From Styela clava (Eukaryota): 64,000 bases of DNA. Location: the NCBI RefSeq assembly GCF_964204865.1, contig NC_135251.1:12896001-12960000 (forward strand). The letters run 5' to 3'. Position 1 is the stretch's first letter, and each line of letters starts with the position of its first letter. Position numbers and translations under genes: made by a program. Shown here piece by piece: positions 25,119 through 37,800 of this stretch. Below the pieces are notes generated by a model, which had not been told where the DNA came from, ran no database searches, and saw only the letters and a program-made list of their open reading frames with translations.

Positions 25119-26421
25119 TTAAGACCACACATACGCAGCAATAAAGGTAATGACTGAAGCTAATGATGCGAGAGTAATATACATTTCGGTGTACATTTTT
25201 TTTACATACGAATCATGATTCAGGCGATGTGCAGTTATCGCACCATTCTTATTCTCATACGGGAAAGGAACATCCGGTATTTCGTGCCCCAAGAATTGGC
25301 AGACTGGACCCCATCCTTCTTTCACATTGAAAACGAGCAATTGGTCACGGGGTGCATTCTGTTAAAGAGAGATCGTAGTGAACGTATATGTAGAACAATA
25401 AAAATAGAAATAAGTATTAGAATGTGACGGACAGTAGATATTCTGCAATTGAAGGACAGTTACCTTTATGACATCATTATTGTGATCTTCATAATATTTT
25501 GCATACTGATCGTGATCCAGAATGGGAAATTTTTTACATACTTCAAATCCCTTGCTATCGAAATGTGGTTTGCAGACTTTTGCAACTATAAATAAAAAAG
25601 CCACTGAGTCAAGCTATTTTTTGCCCCCGAGACGTTCTTGATAATTAAATTGCTGTAGTATAACGAGTAATGAGATCAGGGTAATTACAGAAAGATGTAG
25701 TCTGGGCGTATGAAAACATATTTGTTAGCGGAGTGAAATATACCACAGATTTCGACAGGAGAAATGAAAATCCCGCCGATGATAGGCGTTACAAATTTGT
25801 TCCCATGCAAGATATTGGCTGGATTTGGTCGAAATAAAATGCCGAGTTTCTTAGCCGGCCTCGATTCCCAAAAAATACGACACGGCAAAAAACAATGTGT
25901 AATTTCCACGTGTGTAATAATAGACAATGACTGACTGAAAACTCACTAACGTCCCGTTGTATGTCAAACCATCGTCTAGCCGTCAATGAAAAAACAGAAA
26001 GTGGAAATGAAAACGCGGATTCATTGTACTTGGTAAATTGATTGATGAATGACTTCGCAAATTTGTGTTTGTCGTCGCGTTTGGTGAGAATCAACTGAAA
26101 TATAAAGAATATATCTCAAATACTGTAAAAAGCAAATTGTATACATAAATAAAACCTTCCACTACTGACCTTAATATCTGGGAATGCTTTGAGAAAATCT
26201 TTCCAAAAAGCCATAGCAAACCTTTCACTTGTTGCGTCATAACCTTTAAACATATGACGTAAATCTTCAAAGTGTCCATCGCCTTTCAGAACTTTCATCC
26301 AATCTTCATATAACTCCTCAAAATTTCTTCCATGTTCCGATACATTGTAGCCCAGAATTCTCAAAGCTTCGCACGTACTTTTGGTTCCAGTTTTTAAAAA
26401 ACCAACAATTAGAACCTTCAT
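25119..26421 (-). CDS. Sulfotransferase-like P-loop protein (Sulfotransfer_4-type) with C-terminal TM anchor; exons 26421-26170, 26094-25947, 25585-25464, 25358-25119 (253 aa)
   Basis: MKVLIVGFLKTGTKS..ALRILGY (5'-PSB loop), AFPDIKLILTKRD (3'-PB), YEDHNNDV, LLVFNVKEGWGPVCQFLG..PDVPFPYEN, hydrophobic tail ITLASLASVITFIAAYVWS*. The four exons join in frame (762 nt). Confidence 0.85.
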
Positions 26422-26577
26422 CTTGCAAAGTATAGGACAATCTCGTTGTTATAAATATGTAAGTAATATTCAAAAGCGGGTGCTGTAAATGTAGTATTTG
26501 AATGTTATCATGAGATGGGAACCCGCAATGTTGTTAACGAAGGAATCGTTTCAATGGTTTCAAATCATTTTAAGAAC

Positions 26578-27007
26578 AGGATTTACATATTTATCCCGGG
26601 GGAGAGGGAAGCCGATAAGACTCAATCATTTGGCAAACCTTGGCCTATCGTACGATTTCCAGTCCATGACAGGTGTGGGATCAGTTAATCAGGTATTTAC
26701 TGTCTTGTCCGTGGGACATATTTCGTCATTCCCATCCCATAGCAATTATGCCTGTCCTATCCCATCCCATGGGATTCGTTTCCCATTCCCATGGACAAGC
26801 CTGGGTATTTGTTTCAGATGAATAGACTTGATTGTGGAAGAAGCCGTAACTCACCAGTGGTTGCATGAACCACCCTACGTCGGTGAGGAATCAAGCAATC
26901 CTCTCGCATATAATTATCCCCACGGGATTCGAACCTGCAAACTCACGTAATCAGAGGTTCGATGGCGAGCGTTTTTCTAACGTTTAGTAAAATGCACCAC
27001 ATCGCCG
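26578..27007 (-). mobile_element. tRNA-derived SINE (older subfamily) interrupted by a nested MITE
   Basis: Reverse complement of the SINE from the tail (GGATTTACATATTTATCCCGGGGG) to the head (GGGATTCGAACCTGC). Confidence 0.85.
26700..26803. mobile_element. 104-bp hAT-like MITE nested in SINE
   Basis: Ends CTGTCTTGTCCGTGGGA / TCCCATGGACAAGCCTG; flanks GGTATTTA / GGTATTTG (8-bp TSD, 1 mismatch); CCCATCCCAT internal repeats. The empty site is visible in the SINE copy at ~49510. Confidence 0.75.
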
Positions 27008-28867
27008 TTTTAGTTGTCAAAGATGATTGAAGTCACCAGATGGTTATATTAGCCTTTTTCAAATCTCTTTCGAATCCCATTGAAAGCGACATTTTTTTCA
27101 GAATTCACCGTAATTGAGAGAAAACAATTTAGTTCCCCATCATTGTTTTAGCGATAATCTAAGGAAGTGATGGTTTACCAGCTACCGATGTGCAGGCAGT
27201 GATTGGTATCCGCCCTGGACGATAGTAAAGGCTCTCTGATACTTTGTTATTACAATGTGGCACCGGACTCTGCGAAAACCGCAGAGTGCTGCTTTTGCCA
27301 GAAATTTCACTCGCATGTGAACTCCTATCCAGACTGTAGGTTTATCCGCCCAAATCCCTTGACCTCGATAACTGCAAATATACAACTTCGAGTTTGACCA
27401 GATAGAAATAAGTTGTTCTGCTTACTGTTGTAGCAGTAACAAGACAAACACCCCGTTTTGAAATCAATTTGTGGGTACCAAGTTTTAGTAAATCCGTCAA
27501 GATGCAATTAGCAGAATTTCCTATCGAGTCGAGGGTGCGTTTAATTGCGTTTATGCAAGACTCACAACCAATCTTGTATAAAAATATACTAGTATGCGCG
27601 GTGTTCCCACTCTAAACAATACTGAACTGTGGTCCCGTTGGGCTGGTGATCTTTTATTACTGCAGATCAATATAATTTCAAAGTGGAGGGAATCCGGTGC
27701 GTCAAAATCGTGACACGGACAGGTGCAGTGTGATAGCGTCGTGTTGACGAAAATCTTCAATAAATCAATTTATTTTTGACCGATTACATGAATCAAAACA
27801 ACAGATATCGCAATGAGCAAAATTTTACATTATTACATTGATTAGTTTTATATCATCCTCACAATATGGAAAGAAGTCGTTTGCAACACGGCGGCGATTC
27901 AATAATAACGGATCAGTAGACTACGATATAGTTAGCGATCGAAAATTTTGTCCAAAATAAGAGTTTTCAATCTGTCGCGGCACTTCTAAAACAAAATGTA
28001 TCCGTTTCATATATTTTACATAAACCTATATTATGACACCCCTTCTTATTCTTAGTATTCACTTCCTTTTATTTCAGGTGAAATTGGATTTGCGTATTCA
28101 ATCCTTAGGTTGTAGCTTCTCGTCTCGGATGATCGCATAACAACGGGTTTCTTTACACTTCCGGATGAGAAAAAATAGACTTTATCGACGTCCACTGACA
28201 CATGTCCAAGGGAATACTTGTGACATAGAGAGAATTCTCGGAAATATAGTTTCCGATGTTCAAGGCCCACATATCGAAGTCATGGAAAGAAAAAATTCGG
28301 CTATTTTAACCACATTTAATATTTCGAAAATGTGCTATCCTCCCACTCCACACCGTCGCGCTAACGACTTTGAAATACATACGGTAGCTGCAGTACCTGC
28401 GCGAACCTGTTATCCTACATATATATTTAAAGAAATTACCACTTATATTTAGAGAGAGTTTGTCTTTGGAACTATAGATTTTTTAAAGTGATTCTATGTT
28501 AGATCCTTCCACAAATTAGCAAAATGCAATATGTTTAAAAATCCATCCTCATTCGCATTAACAGAGCAAATGCACACGCTGAAAATACAACACTTCACTG
28601 TTTGGTAAAATGATATTAAAACTAATAAAAACTATAAATCTATGAAATATAAAGTATTGTTACTGGAACTAATTATAGAGCATAGTTTGTTTTGATGAAC
28701 ATAAAATTTATTCTACTCGACTGGCTGCATGTCAATTTTAGTTAGTAAACAAACAAAAAGAAGCCATAAATCATAATAGTGAACTTGAAAAATACCTAAA
28801 TCAGCACTTGTGATAATTCAAAGCTAATATATGGAGGCATAATTAAAATCAACTAAAAAATAAATCT

Positions 28868-31800
28868 TCAAAATCCTTGTAGCTCTGGAATATTTTTGAA
28901 CAGTTCCAAAGATTCTGGATTCCGAAATGATGCAGAGTGTGCAATATATCCACCTGCCACCATCTTCGCTACAGCCATTTCAACTTTTTTTCCACTGATG
29001 GTATACTGTAAAAGGACAATCATGTGAAAGGAAGTAAAATTATAAATGCAACTTTAAAGTACAATTGACTAAATAAATTATTGTGATGTTGTTGTTTTTT
29101 TGAACAATTGGACGATTCAAGCAGGGGATTGGAGCCGCTGTTTGGCATATTTCATTATCATGTTTTCAAACCCCATGGATTCGGCACTAAATTTCAGACT
29201 TTCATCATTAACAATCAAAGTCCAAATTTCAGACAGATAAGCATTCTCAAATGACAACCAAAGATGGTAGGGGGCTCCCGAAGTATGCGAACCAAGATGG
29301 CGGACATCGGAATGTAATATGTGTACTAGGTTAGGGTTAGGCCATAATTTTAGGTATAAATACTACGGGAGGCCCTTGGCTTGTCTTCGAACTGATAATA
29401 GGACTAAAATAAGAAAAATTGGAAAAAAATTATTGCCTAACCCTAACCTGTTACCCATGTTACGCTCCGATGTCCGCCATCTTGGTTCGCATACTTCGGG
29501 AGCACTGATGGTAGTATACAAAATTCAATTTTTTTTTTTAGATTTGGGGTAAACATCTCGAGTCTGGAGCTAGAGTAAAAAGAGTTTTTCAATCTAAGTT
29601 GGAAATCGCTTTAAAAAATACTCGTTGGACGATGTAGTAAATCCAAATCCAATTATGTTTAAACAATTTATGCTCAACAGAGTGAAAACACTCTGTGAAA
29701 TATCCTTATCAACAATGAAACTAAGAAAAACAAGAAGTTTTCTTGTAAAGGGATCAGTTCGGAGTCTAGCATTGCGCCCTTTCCCACAACCGCTCTGGAG
29801 TCATCGGTGGGAACTGCCGATCTAGTAAATAATGTACCGGAATATCTTTCGTTTCCAGAACAAGTGCTGGAACATGTCTGGGAGATAAAAGTCTCCTAAT
29901 TTCAGATTTTATCTTCTTTGCAAGATCTTCAGAAAATAGTGCATTCTGCATCATTTTGACAAATAATATTACTCTTTCACCAAAACTAGAAGCTGAAACA
30001 CTTCGTTGTGCCACAGCAACACAGTCTTCGACGTCTTTTCCGAAAGCTCTTTCAACTGAGAATAAACATGCAATGAAAGAAGGGGTTGCATACTATGAGT
30101 ACCATAGTGCACGAGTTTGAGTATTGATGAATGTATCAAAGGACTCCAAGACTGATTTGAAAAAAACTTTCAAAAAAGTTTGTTCGATTTTCAACTTGAT
30201 ACTAGTGCAGATCTCACAGCCTCTCAGTGTACTGATGTATTGATTCAATTAACACATCACAAGATAACTAGTAAGATATTAATCAGATTAGTTAGCTACT
30301 CATCTATCTATATAAAATATTTTAAATGTTTAAGAATTAAGAAAACTAGTTTAGAAAGAGTTCAAAGAATTTTGAATATCACACAAATGTACCTTGACAG
30401 ACTAGCCGGCAAAAAAATTGAAGTGAAATAAAGCGTAACAAAATATATTTTGAAATTTCTACATGTGGAATTAAGACAATCAATACCAAAAAGATAACAC
30501 TCAAAAACGAAGTATGGAATATGAACAAAGAATACAACATATGTTCATGATCAAAAAGCATATACAGTATACACATTTATATGCATAATAGAAATTAAAC
30601 AGCATATGAAACATAATAAATATACCAAAGTCTATTATCTCACCAATTCCATACAACTCCGTAGTTCCAAATCGAACACCATTAGGATTCAAAGTTGCAT
30701 CACTTCTGCCTAGCATTACTATTCCATTTGTTTTTGAATTAAATATACAATAATCACCATGGGACCACACACCTGTGAAATTAATAAATTTATCCTGGGA
30801 AAAAAGAAGAAAAACTCTCCTAATTCAATGATTATATTAATCTATCAAATCTCTTAATGCAGGGCTTCCCAAACGATTGCAACCCCACAGAGGGCCACAT
30901 AACCAATTTTAGGGGTCGCAAAGAATACACCAGAGGTGTGCAAAGTGTGGCCCGCGAGGGGAGATTGTGCGGCCCGTGGAGGCAACTGGAGAGCAGTTTA
31001 AAAAAATTAATATTAAAATATACAAAAGTCAAATGAGTTTTGGTTCCAGCCTATTACGGTAGTTGCTTTTGTCTAAATCTAGAATAAGATTTGACAGCAA
31101 ATTATTTGGAATGAATCTTGGCGTATTTTACTGAAAACATCTCAAGCAAGATAACTTTCTACATTTCAAAAAAGTCATGGCTTCAAATAACATACTTTTT
31201 TCTAAAATTGGGCGTCATAACGAATTGCTAGCACTTCAATTTAAGCAAATTTGGATAAAAGTAGTCGGGCAAAAAATCCAGCAGCAAGCTTCACTGGATT
31301 CGTTTAAATCAGGTGTGACAAGATATTTTAATTACAGTTTTAAGAAACTTATGCGTTTTAACTCATCATTTCTGCAAGGACCCTTAATGATGACCCAAGA
31401 TCAATAACAAAAAGACACCATTTTGTGCCTGCAACTAATAGAAAGCCTGTGTTAAATGAAGGTGCGGCCCGCGGTTTTACCCGGTTATTGATAATTGGCC
31501 CGCTTGCGAAAAAGGTTGCACAAACCTGGATTACACCAATAATATATTGTCCTTTTTTTGGACTTTTGATTCGAAACACAATTATTAAAACTAGTGCGAA
31601 ACATGAATCCCACGATTTTGAGAGAATACATAGGATCAGAGAAGCGGCACACTTAACAATGTCAACTTAATAGGGGTTGCAAGCTTAAAAGTTTGGAAAG
31701 CCTTGTCGTGATGAGTTTAACATATGAAGTGGGAAACAGAATTCCACAATTTTCATGGTAATAATCGAAGTCAGATTTTAAGATAGGAACTTGAAAAGCA

Positions 31801-34800
31801 TTGAGTTGTTTTACGACTCTTGTCAATTGGTAATTACTAACACAAAATTCTATACTATGATTCGTTATAGCCTTGGCAGCTCTTAGCACTTTAGTGGCCG
31901 CTCGTAACTCCGCCCTTGGATCAATCTCCTTTATTTCTGAGTGCGTGTGAATTTGTTTTGAGAAAATTTTCATACAAGAAATGTTAACATGCAGTGGAAA
32001 AATGCTTGCATACATCGAAGTTTTTGTATCAAAATTTGGTTTCTCAGTTCATAACTGGAATCCGGATCATTTCCATTGAAACAAAAAATGAAATATCTCT
32101 AACCTGGGAACTTAGCAAAGTATGCATTCCTATACAGAACATTATCCTCGTCATTCCAAAAATGTGTCGGCATACACGGGAAAGGTGTCGTACATACTAG
32201 CTCTCCTGGTTCATTATAAACAGGTTTCCCAGTTTCATCGAAGCATGACATTGCCATTCCTAGATTATTTTCTTGCACTTCACCTTTATACACTGGGACA
32301 GCAAAATTTTGTCCCATGAAACATGAGATTATATCGGTGCCACCTGTTCAAAAGTTAAATTTTCGTCAGTCAACAAAGGACCGGTAAATCTTGAATTGGT
32401 CGTTCAAACTATCTAAAAATTTTTAAGCCGCGCCCCCCATTTATAGAATTTATCAAGTCTCGCGCTCCATCTCAATAATAATTAACTAGCTAACAAAAAG
32501 CTACAAATAACAGATAGTAAGGCAAAAGTATGTTTTATTCAAACAATACGTTGAAAATACCTGGATGGAATGTAAATAATGAAATAAATGAAAAGTTTTG
32601 AAAAGTAAATATGTAAAATAGGACAGGCAAGATCAAATACAATAAATATTTTGATTTTTATTAGTTACCGTAGTTTCATTTTTAATTTAATAGTAATTTG
32701 AGTCTGTTAAATAACTTATTATTAATTATTATTAAACCAGAATCTTCAATATTGTAAAAAACATTTGCAAATTTATATAAAAGTTTTATCAGAGGTTAGT
32801 GAGGTTAGTATTTTTTTTTATAATCTACCAAATTTTTTTTTCGCGAATGCCAAATTTGGTCATTTTCGAATTCCAGAATACTTAAAATTGTTCATTAGCC
32901 ACATAAAACAATACATACCAGAAATAGAACCCATCACTAAATCCGTTTTGACGTGAGTATAAACAAAATCATATTGGTGAGGAGCAAGTGGAGAACCAGT
33001 TGATAACATTGTATGAAGTGAATCTATCTTGTGTGTTTGATTTGGTTTCATTCCATATTCTTCCATCATACTCAAACATTTTGCACTTGTTCCCAAAATT
33101 GTAATTCTGTGAAATTGCAGCAATAAAATATGTAAATCATTGTCATTTTTGGTAGGCAAAATGACTGAAGGTGCTCCAGAAGTGTGTGTACCGATATGGA
33201 GGTAACTAATTTTGTTCGCCTACTTTAAATCAAGTTGCGTAAAGGGACTGAATCCTATGGGCAGGGAGTATATTCACTTGGCTAACACAGACAGTCCCGA
33301 ACTCGTAATAGAACTAAAACACAGCGTAATAAATTTGGTCCTTAACCGAATTGAAAAATTATTACGCTCGTTTCATAACTCTGCTTGTGCAAGCCTCGTT
33401 TATAAGAAATGCCTCTAGTCAATTTGCTTAGAATTCCAACAATAGTTTTGTAGTGAGTAGATGCACAACAGCAAATACTAAAAAACAGTGATGCAAAGAT
33501 CCTCTTTATTTCAGTATACTGCAATGAAATAAACAATAAACAAAGAAAGAGCTAAAATCATCATTAAATTTCAATGCCATTAACAATTGTAAATACCATA
33601 GATGTTGCATTGCATGTGTTCCAATGCCGCTTACTTAAAGAATATTGAGCGGGACATCCTAATAAATCAAGAAATACAGCGTCCATAATGTCCCTTCACA
33701 ATTTCAATTTTGTTATGAAGTCAGATCTCAATATATCTTAACCAGTTTTAATTTTTTAATCAGTAATTGTGTAAGTATTTTTACTTTTTTTGATACATCT
33801 GTGAGAGCCAAAAACAATATATGGTATCGATAAATTCCCTTTGCAATTTGGAAGAATTTTAAAACTTCTGAATTATGTACTTTATACTTTCCACGAGCTC
33901 CCACAATGCAGTTATTTTCGGATGAAAAGGAGAACCATCATATAATACTATAGAACCACCAGTTGATAATGCACCAACCAACCAGTTCCACATCATCCAA
34001 CCTGTCTAAAACAGAAACGAGATCATTGATTATTCAAAATGGTTTTTCATTAGTTGCAGAGAAAAGCTATTTTTTTGCAACAAAACCCTCAACAACGATA
34101 ATTTAGCAAGAAGCATGAAAATTCAAAAATATTTCGCTTCAGCTTGTTTTGAATATTCTAAATCAATTTTTTAAATTATGTCTCATCACATCCCAAAAAA
34201 GATTTGGTGCTCCCGAAGTATGCGAACCAAGATGGCGGACATCGGAACGTAACATGGGTAACAGGTTAGGGTTAGGTGATAATTTTTTTCCAATTTTCCT
34301 TATTTTAGTCCTATTATCAGTTCAAAGACTAGCCAAGAGCCTCCCGTAGTATTTATACCTAAAATTATGGCCTAACCCTGACCTAGTACACATATTACAT
34401 TCCGATGTTCGCCATCTTGGTTCGCATACTTCGGAAGCCCCAAAGATTTTTTATTAAAATAAATGTTATCGAGAATCTAACTTTGATCTATCGATAGAAT
34501 GAACTTCTGCTCATTGGCACTAGGTAATAGGAACAATTCATTCCATTCATTAAATTCATTAATAAGGGCCGAAAGACAGTAAGACCAAAAATGTGAATGT
34601 AACTATGCAGGAAAAGTATTGGGAATTTTCAAATAATAATGTACAATAATAATGAAATAATTTCAAAGTACACTCACAGTTGTATAAAATAGCAATATAT
34701 CATTTCTATCCATGTTACCATGCAGTATGTGTTCTTTCATGTGCTGTATGAGTGTTCCCTAAAAAAGCAGAAAACCAAACTTGAATTTTAGTTGTATCAA

Positions 34801-37800
34801 AAAAAGGTTGATAATGTTATTCCAATTACAAAAAATATTGAAATTCATGCGACCAACCTAAATTTGTATTGTACGCTTATGAATAGCTTTAATAATTTAT
34901 TTTGCAAATCTTTTCATTTTTGTCATATCATATATTTCATATAGTAATATTCTCCCCAAAAATTTTGAAAAGTCAGGCTCAATAACCCCCACAAGAAACG
35001 AATTCAAAGAAAAAAACATATTTACAATATCAATGAGTACCTACCCCTGCTGAATGAACCATACATTTGGGTGGTCCTGTAGTTCCAGATGAATACATTA
35101 CAAACAGTGGGTGATTGAAAGGCAATTGTTCAAATGTAATATCTTCATCATCTGAACCTCTGCTAAGAAACTCAGACAACATCATGCTGTTAAAAGAAAC
35201 AGTAATTACTTAAATACCAAATTCGATTTCCCGAGGGGAGAAGAGCTGGAAATTGGAGATAACATTACCCTGAGTTAAAATCATGAATCGAGTCTAAATT
35301 ATTTCCTACTCATCTTAGAATAGGTCTTGCATGCTGTTTTCTTTTTATATTAACATTACCTCGTTCAAGTATCTTAATACAGCTGTACCACCAAGTGGAA
35401 TTAAACTAATAAAGCAGAACATCAAGTAAACAAATAGGGGGGACTCACTGTTTATTAAGCAATATTCTATACTTCGGTCAAAGAAAGGTATTCACAAATG
35501 TACATGACTGATGATATTTTAATGTTGGTATTATAACTATATGACCCCTTATATGAGTTAAGATTGAAATATTAGCAGATCTATACTAAATACACAGCTT
35601 GATCAGAAAGACCACAATTTTATTTTCTTCCCTGCCCAATTTACCTTTTAGAAATTTCCGATATATCAAACTTGCTTTCATCATTAACAAAAGGTATAAT
35701 GACAACATGCTTCAAAGTAGGTAACCCAGATACTACTTGCTTCAGTTTATCTAAATGATTATGTGTCTTATCCTTGTACCAAACTGCATCCACAGAAAAT
35801 ATAACACTCGGTTCAATCTGCTGAAACCTGTCCAAAACACCCTGAAATAGACGGGATATGAAAAATACTTGAGATCAAAATAAACTCAATTTTTTATGCA
35901 ATGCTTTTATACTCCTGTTCACTTTGAACAAGAGTCTGTATAAGCAGAAACTGATACTTAATGATATATAAAGAGCTAATGGAAACGCATCTTTCCGGTT
36001 GGGCATTACGCTTTACCACCCCTTGGGTGAGATATTGGGCAGCGGCAGGGGAATTGAAGCTATGAATTCAGACAACATTATTTGGAATTTTGATTGACTT
36101 CTTATCTTACTAAGTGACTGGAATTCACTCCTCTATTTTTTATCATTTTAATTTACTGGATTTGGTTCGAAATCTTCAATACACTTTTTTACATTAATTG
36201 AACAAGTCAGTAATAAAACTAATTTTTTCAAGTACTTTAAAACATCAGATAAGAAAAAAAATGAATCAAAAAATTCCAATCTAACCATGACTCCGAAATC
36301 AGGAGATGTAGAACTATATATTGCACCGATACTAGCTGCTGCCAACATTGCAACCAGAGCTTCAACACAGTTGGGAATATAACCTGTACAAGTTAGATAT
36401 ACATAACACTGATAACAGCATGAATTCTTTTTAATAAGGGCAAGCATCCAAGCAAATCTAGTTAACTATCTAATGTTAGTATAATTCTAGACTAGAAGGT
36501 GGGCATCATTTACATCAGAAGCAGGCGTATCTTCAATATTTTAAAATTTTATGGTTAATCGTACAACTTTTTGAATTAAAAGTTTTTCTAATTAAAAAAC
36601 TGCAAAGTTTCTTTCAAAAAGTTTTATTTCTATTATGTTGTTCAATAGGGATTTTTCACTAGAAAACGGTATTTCTTCATATTTCATCCAAAAAGCAGTG
36701 GTGAAAATGTTTTCCAGTTGAAATGATTATGTCTTGCTTGAAGCATGCTTTGATCTATAATTGTATATAGTAATTTATAATATGTAAATAAATTATTTAT
36801 TGTCATCTCTATTTTTTTCCCTTCATTCAATGAAAACATTTTCTTACCAACCACCCTGTCTCCAGTCTTAATGTTCATAGATCGGAGAGCTGCTGCATAT
36901 TTAGAGACTAATTTCCGTAATTCTTTGTATGTATATGTTTTTGTTGGCCTCTGTTCACCTGGAAATTAATTGAAAAACTATTACCGTAGTTCCAATTCAA
37001 CAATATACACTGCAAATATTGTTGAAAATCTTGAATTCAATGATTCAGTAATCAATCCAATGGCAATTAAAGTAAATAAATAATGAAGCAAGCAAGAAGG
37101 GCCATCAAATGAAAGAATTCATTCATGTATTAAGTTTTTGAATATTTTGAATTTTCGACTTCAGGAATAATTAAGAAAGATTATCATTTTGACTATTTGA
37201 CGACTAGCAGTAACAATGAGAAAACCTTTTATGTCGAAATCCTTAAAATGTTTTTAAAATGAATCATATTACTGTTCATCTTATTTCCTTGCATTTCTAA
37301 ATTCAAACTCATCGGATTAAAGTTAACTTCAGTGAGTTATTTGTCGTATCTGTTTCGGGAGTAGGCTATATATGTTTGATTTTTTGTATCCAAAACTAGT
37401 TACAAAGTATTGAAAAAAACAAATCCAGTCTTGGCCGTTTTCAGTTCCAAATGTAATTTCCATAGACTTTTTTTGAGTAGACTTTTAAACAAATAAAAAA
37501 ATCAAGGCTTATATCAACAATTCAAGAATCTTCTACTCACCAGTTGAATAAACTGCAATTTTATCGTCATTAAATTTCAATAAATTTTCTGCATAGTTTA
37601 ATCTTGCTCCAGCAAACCACTCGGGATTATCAACAATTGATAATTTTTTATCAACAACTTGATTACAAATTTGAGAATAGATGATGCCAGATTCTGACCA
37701 AAACATTTCCCAGAAATCCGAGTAATTCTCTGTCGACCATTTCCACAAGTCATGATAACACTCTGAAAAAAAGTGAACACTGTAGTAAATAACAATGGTT

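Noticed and set aside
29329-29450. TTAGGG / CCCTAA repeats as an interstitial telomere or fusion scar
   Set aside because: Only about two units, always inside MITE families B and C.
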